This document shows positions 63,633 to 64,000 of a stretch of 64,000 nucleotides of DNA, piece after piece. Source of the DNA: Bigelowiella natans CCMP2755 (Eukaryota; Protista; Cercozoa). The stretch is from positions 1 through 64,000 of the forward strand of contig ADNK01002459.1 of NCBI GenBank assembly GCA_000320545.1. Direction: 5' to 3'. Under the pieces are notes generated by a model that did not search any database, was not told where the DNA came from, and saw nothing but the letters and a program-made list of their open reading frames with translations. Both the position numbers and the translations under genes were made by a program. The first letter of the stretch is position 1; every line of letters begins with the position of its first letter.

Positions 63633-63993
63633 ATGGAAAACTATGAGCTGTTCCGGAGTCTGCGCGACACGCTCTATGGAAAGTGAGCAACCTCAAAACC
63701 AGATGCATCATTTCGTTTGTTCCTGTGAGAGATAGATTGTATCAAATTCAATCATATGTGAGAGAAGATAGGTAAATATTTGTGTGTAAATGAGGTTCGC
63801 GAAGTGTTCGGGAATCTAAATTGGAATCACGGTTACTACTAAACACTATGATGTTGATCGGTCATGTAGAGTTCGATATGGACGCCACAAGCAGACTCGG
63901 GAGATAGTGATCGTGAAGGAATTTTACTTGGAGTGCGTCAAGAATAGAGTATCGACGGATGGCCACCCAGTTGCTGAGGACGCAGAGGCTGAG
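63633..63993 (+). CDS. 5' part of a Ser/Thr protein kinase (truncated by the window end)
   Basis: Exons 63633-63682 and 63870-63993 give MENYELFRSLRDTLYGKVRYGRHKQTREIVIVKE..AEDAEAE (subdomains I-III). Confidence 0.7.
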
Positions 63994-64000
63994 GTATTAA

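Overview
Eukaryotic nuclear DNA, gene-dense and very intron-rich, with many microsatellite-filled GT-AG introns. Bipartite signal-peptide plus transit-peptide leaders on green-type plastid proteins suggest a chlorarachniophyte alga (Bigelowiella-like); the taxon is an inference. About 18 protein genes were reconstructed by manual splicing: type II NADH dehydrogenase (truncated by the left edge), DED1/DDX3-like DEAD-box helicase, PTB/hnRNP-L RRM protein, AlkB dioxygenase, an LCM-methyltransferase/Zn-knuckle/Kelch fusion, a Cys-rich probable plastid protein, a PIH1-CS protein, a membrane protein, SMC3, DDRGK1, an SDE2/SF3A3 SAP-like protein, an intronless RGS-domain GRK-type kinase, a possible small TM protein, a MEF2-type MADS factor, a fused lycopene beta/epsilon cyclase, an AKT-type K+ channel, a secreted bacterial-like glycoside-hydrolase-type protein, and the start of a Ser/Thr kinase. 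No rRNA, tRNA, CRISPR or coding transposon was recognised. The most striking signals are: (1) intergenic tracts almost devoid of TpA but keeping CpG, with surviving TpA mostly in CTA/TAG context, which looks like a context-specific A:T>G:C hypermutation process; (2) the single-ORF LCYB-LCYE fusion without an LHC tail; (3) the TYW4-like but distinct methyltransferase-Kelch fusion; (4) a perfect 53-bp inverted repeat bracketing a frame-critical exon. Exon coordinates and all counts were read by eye and need computational confirmation.
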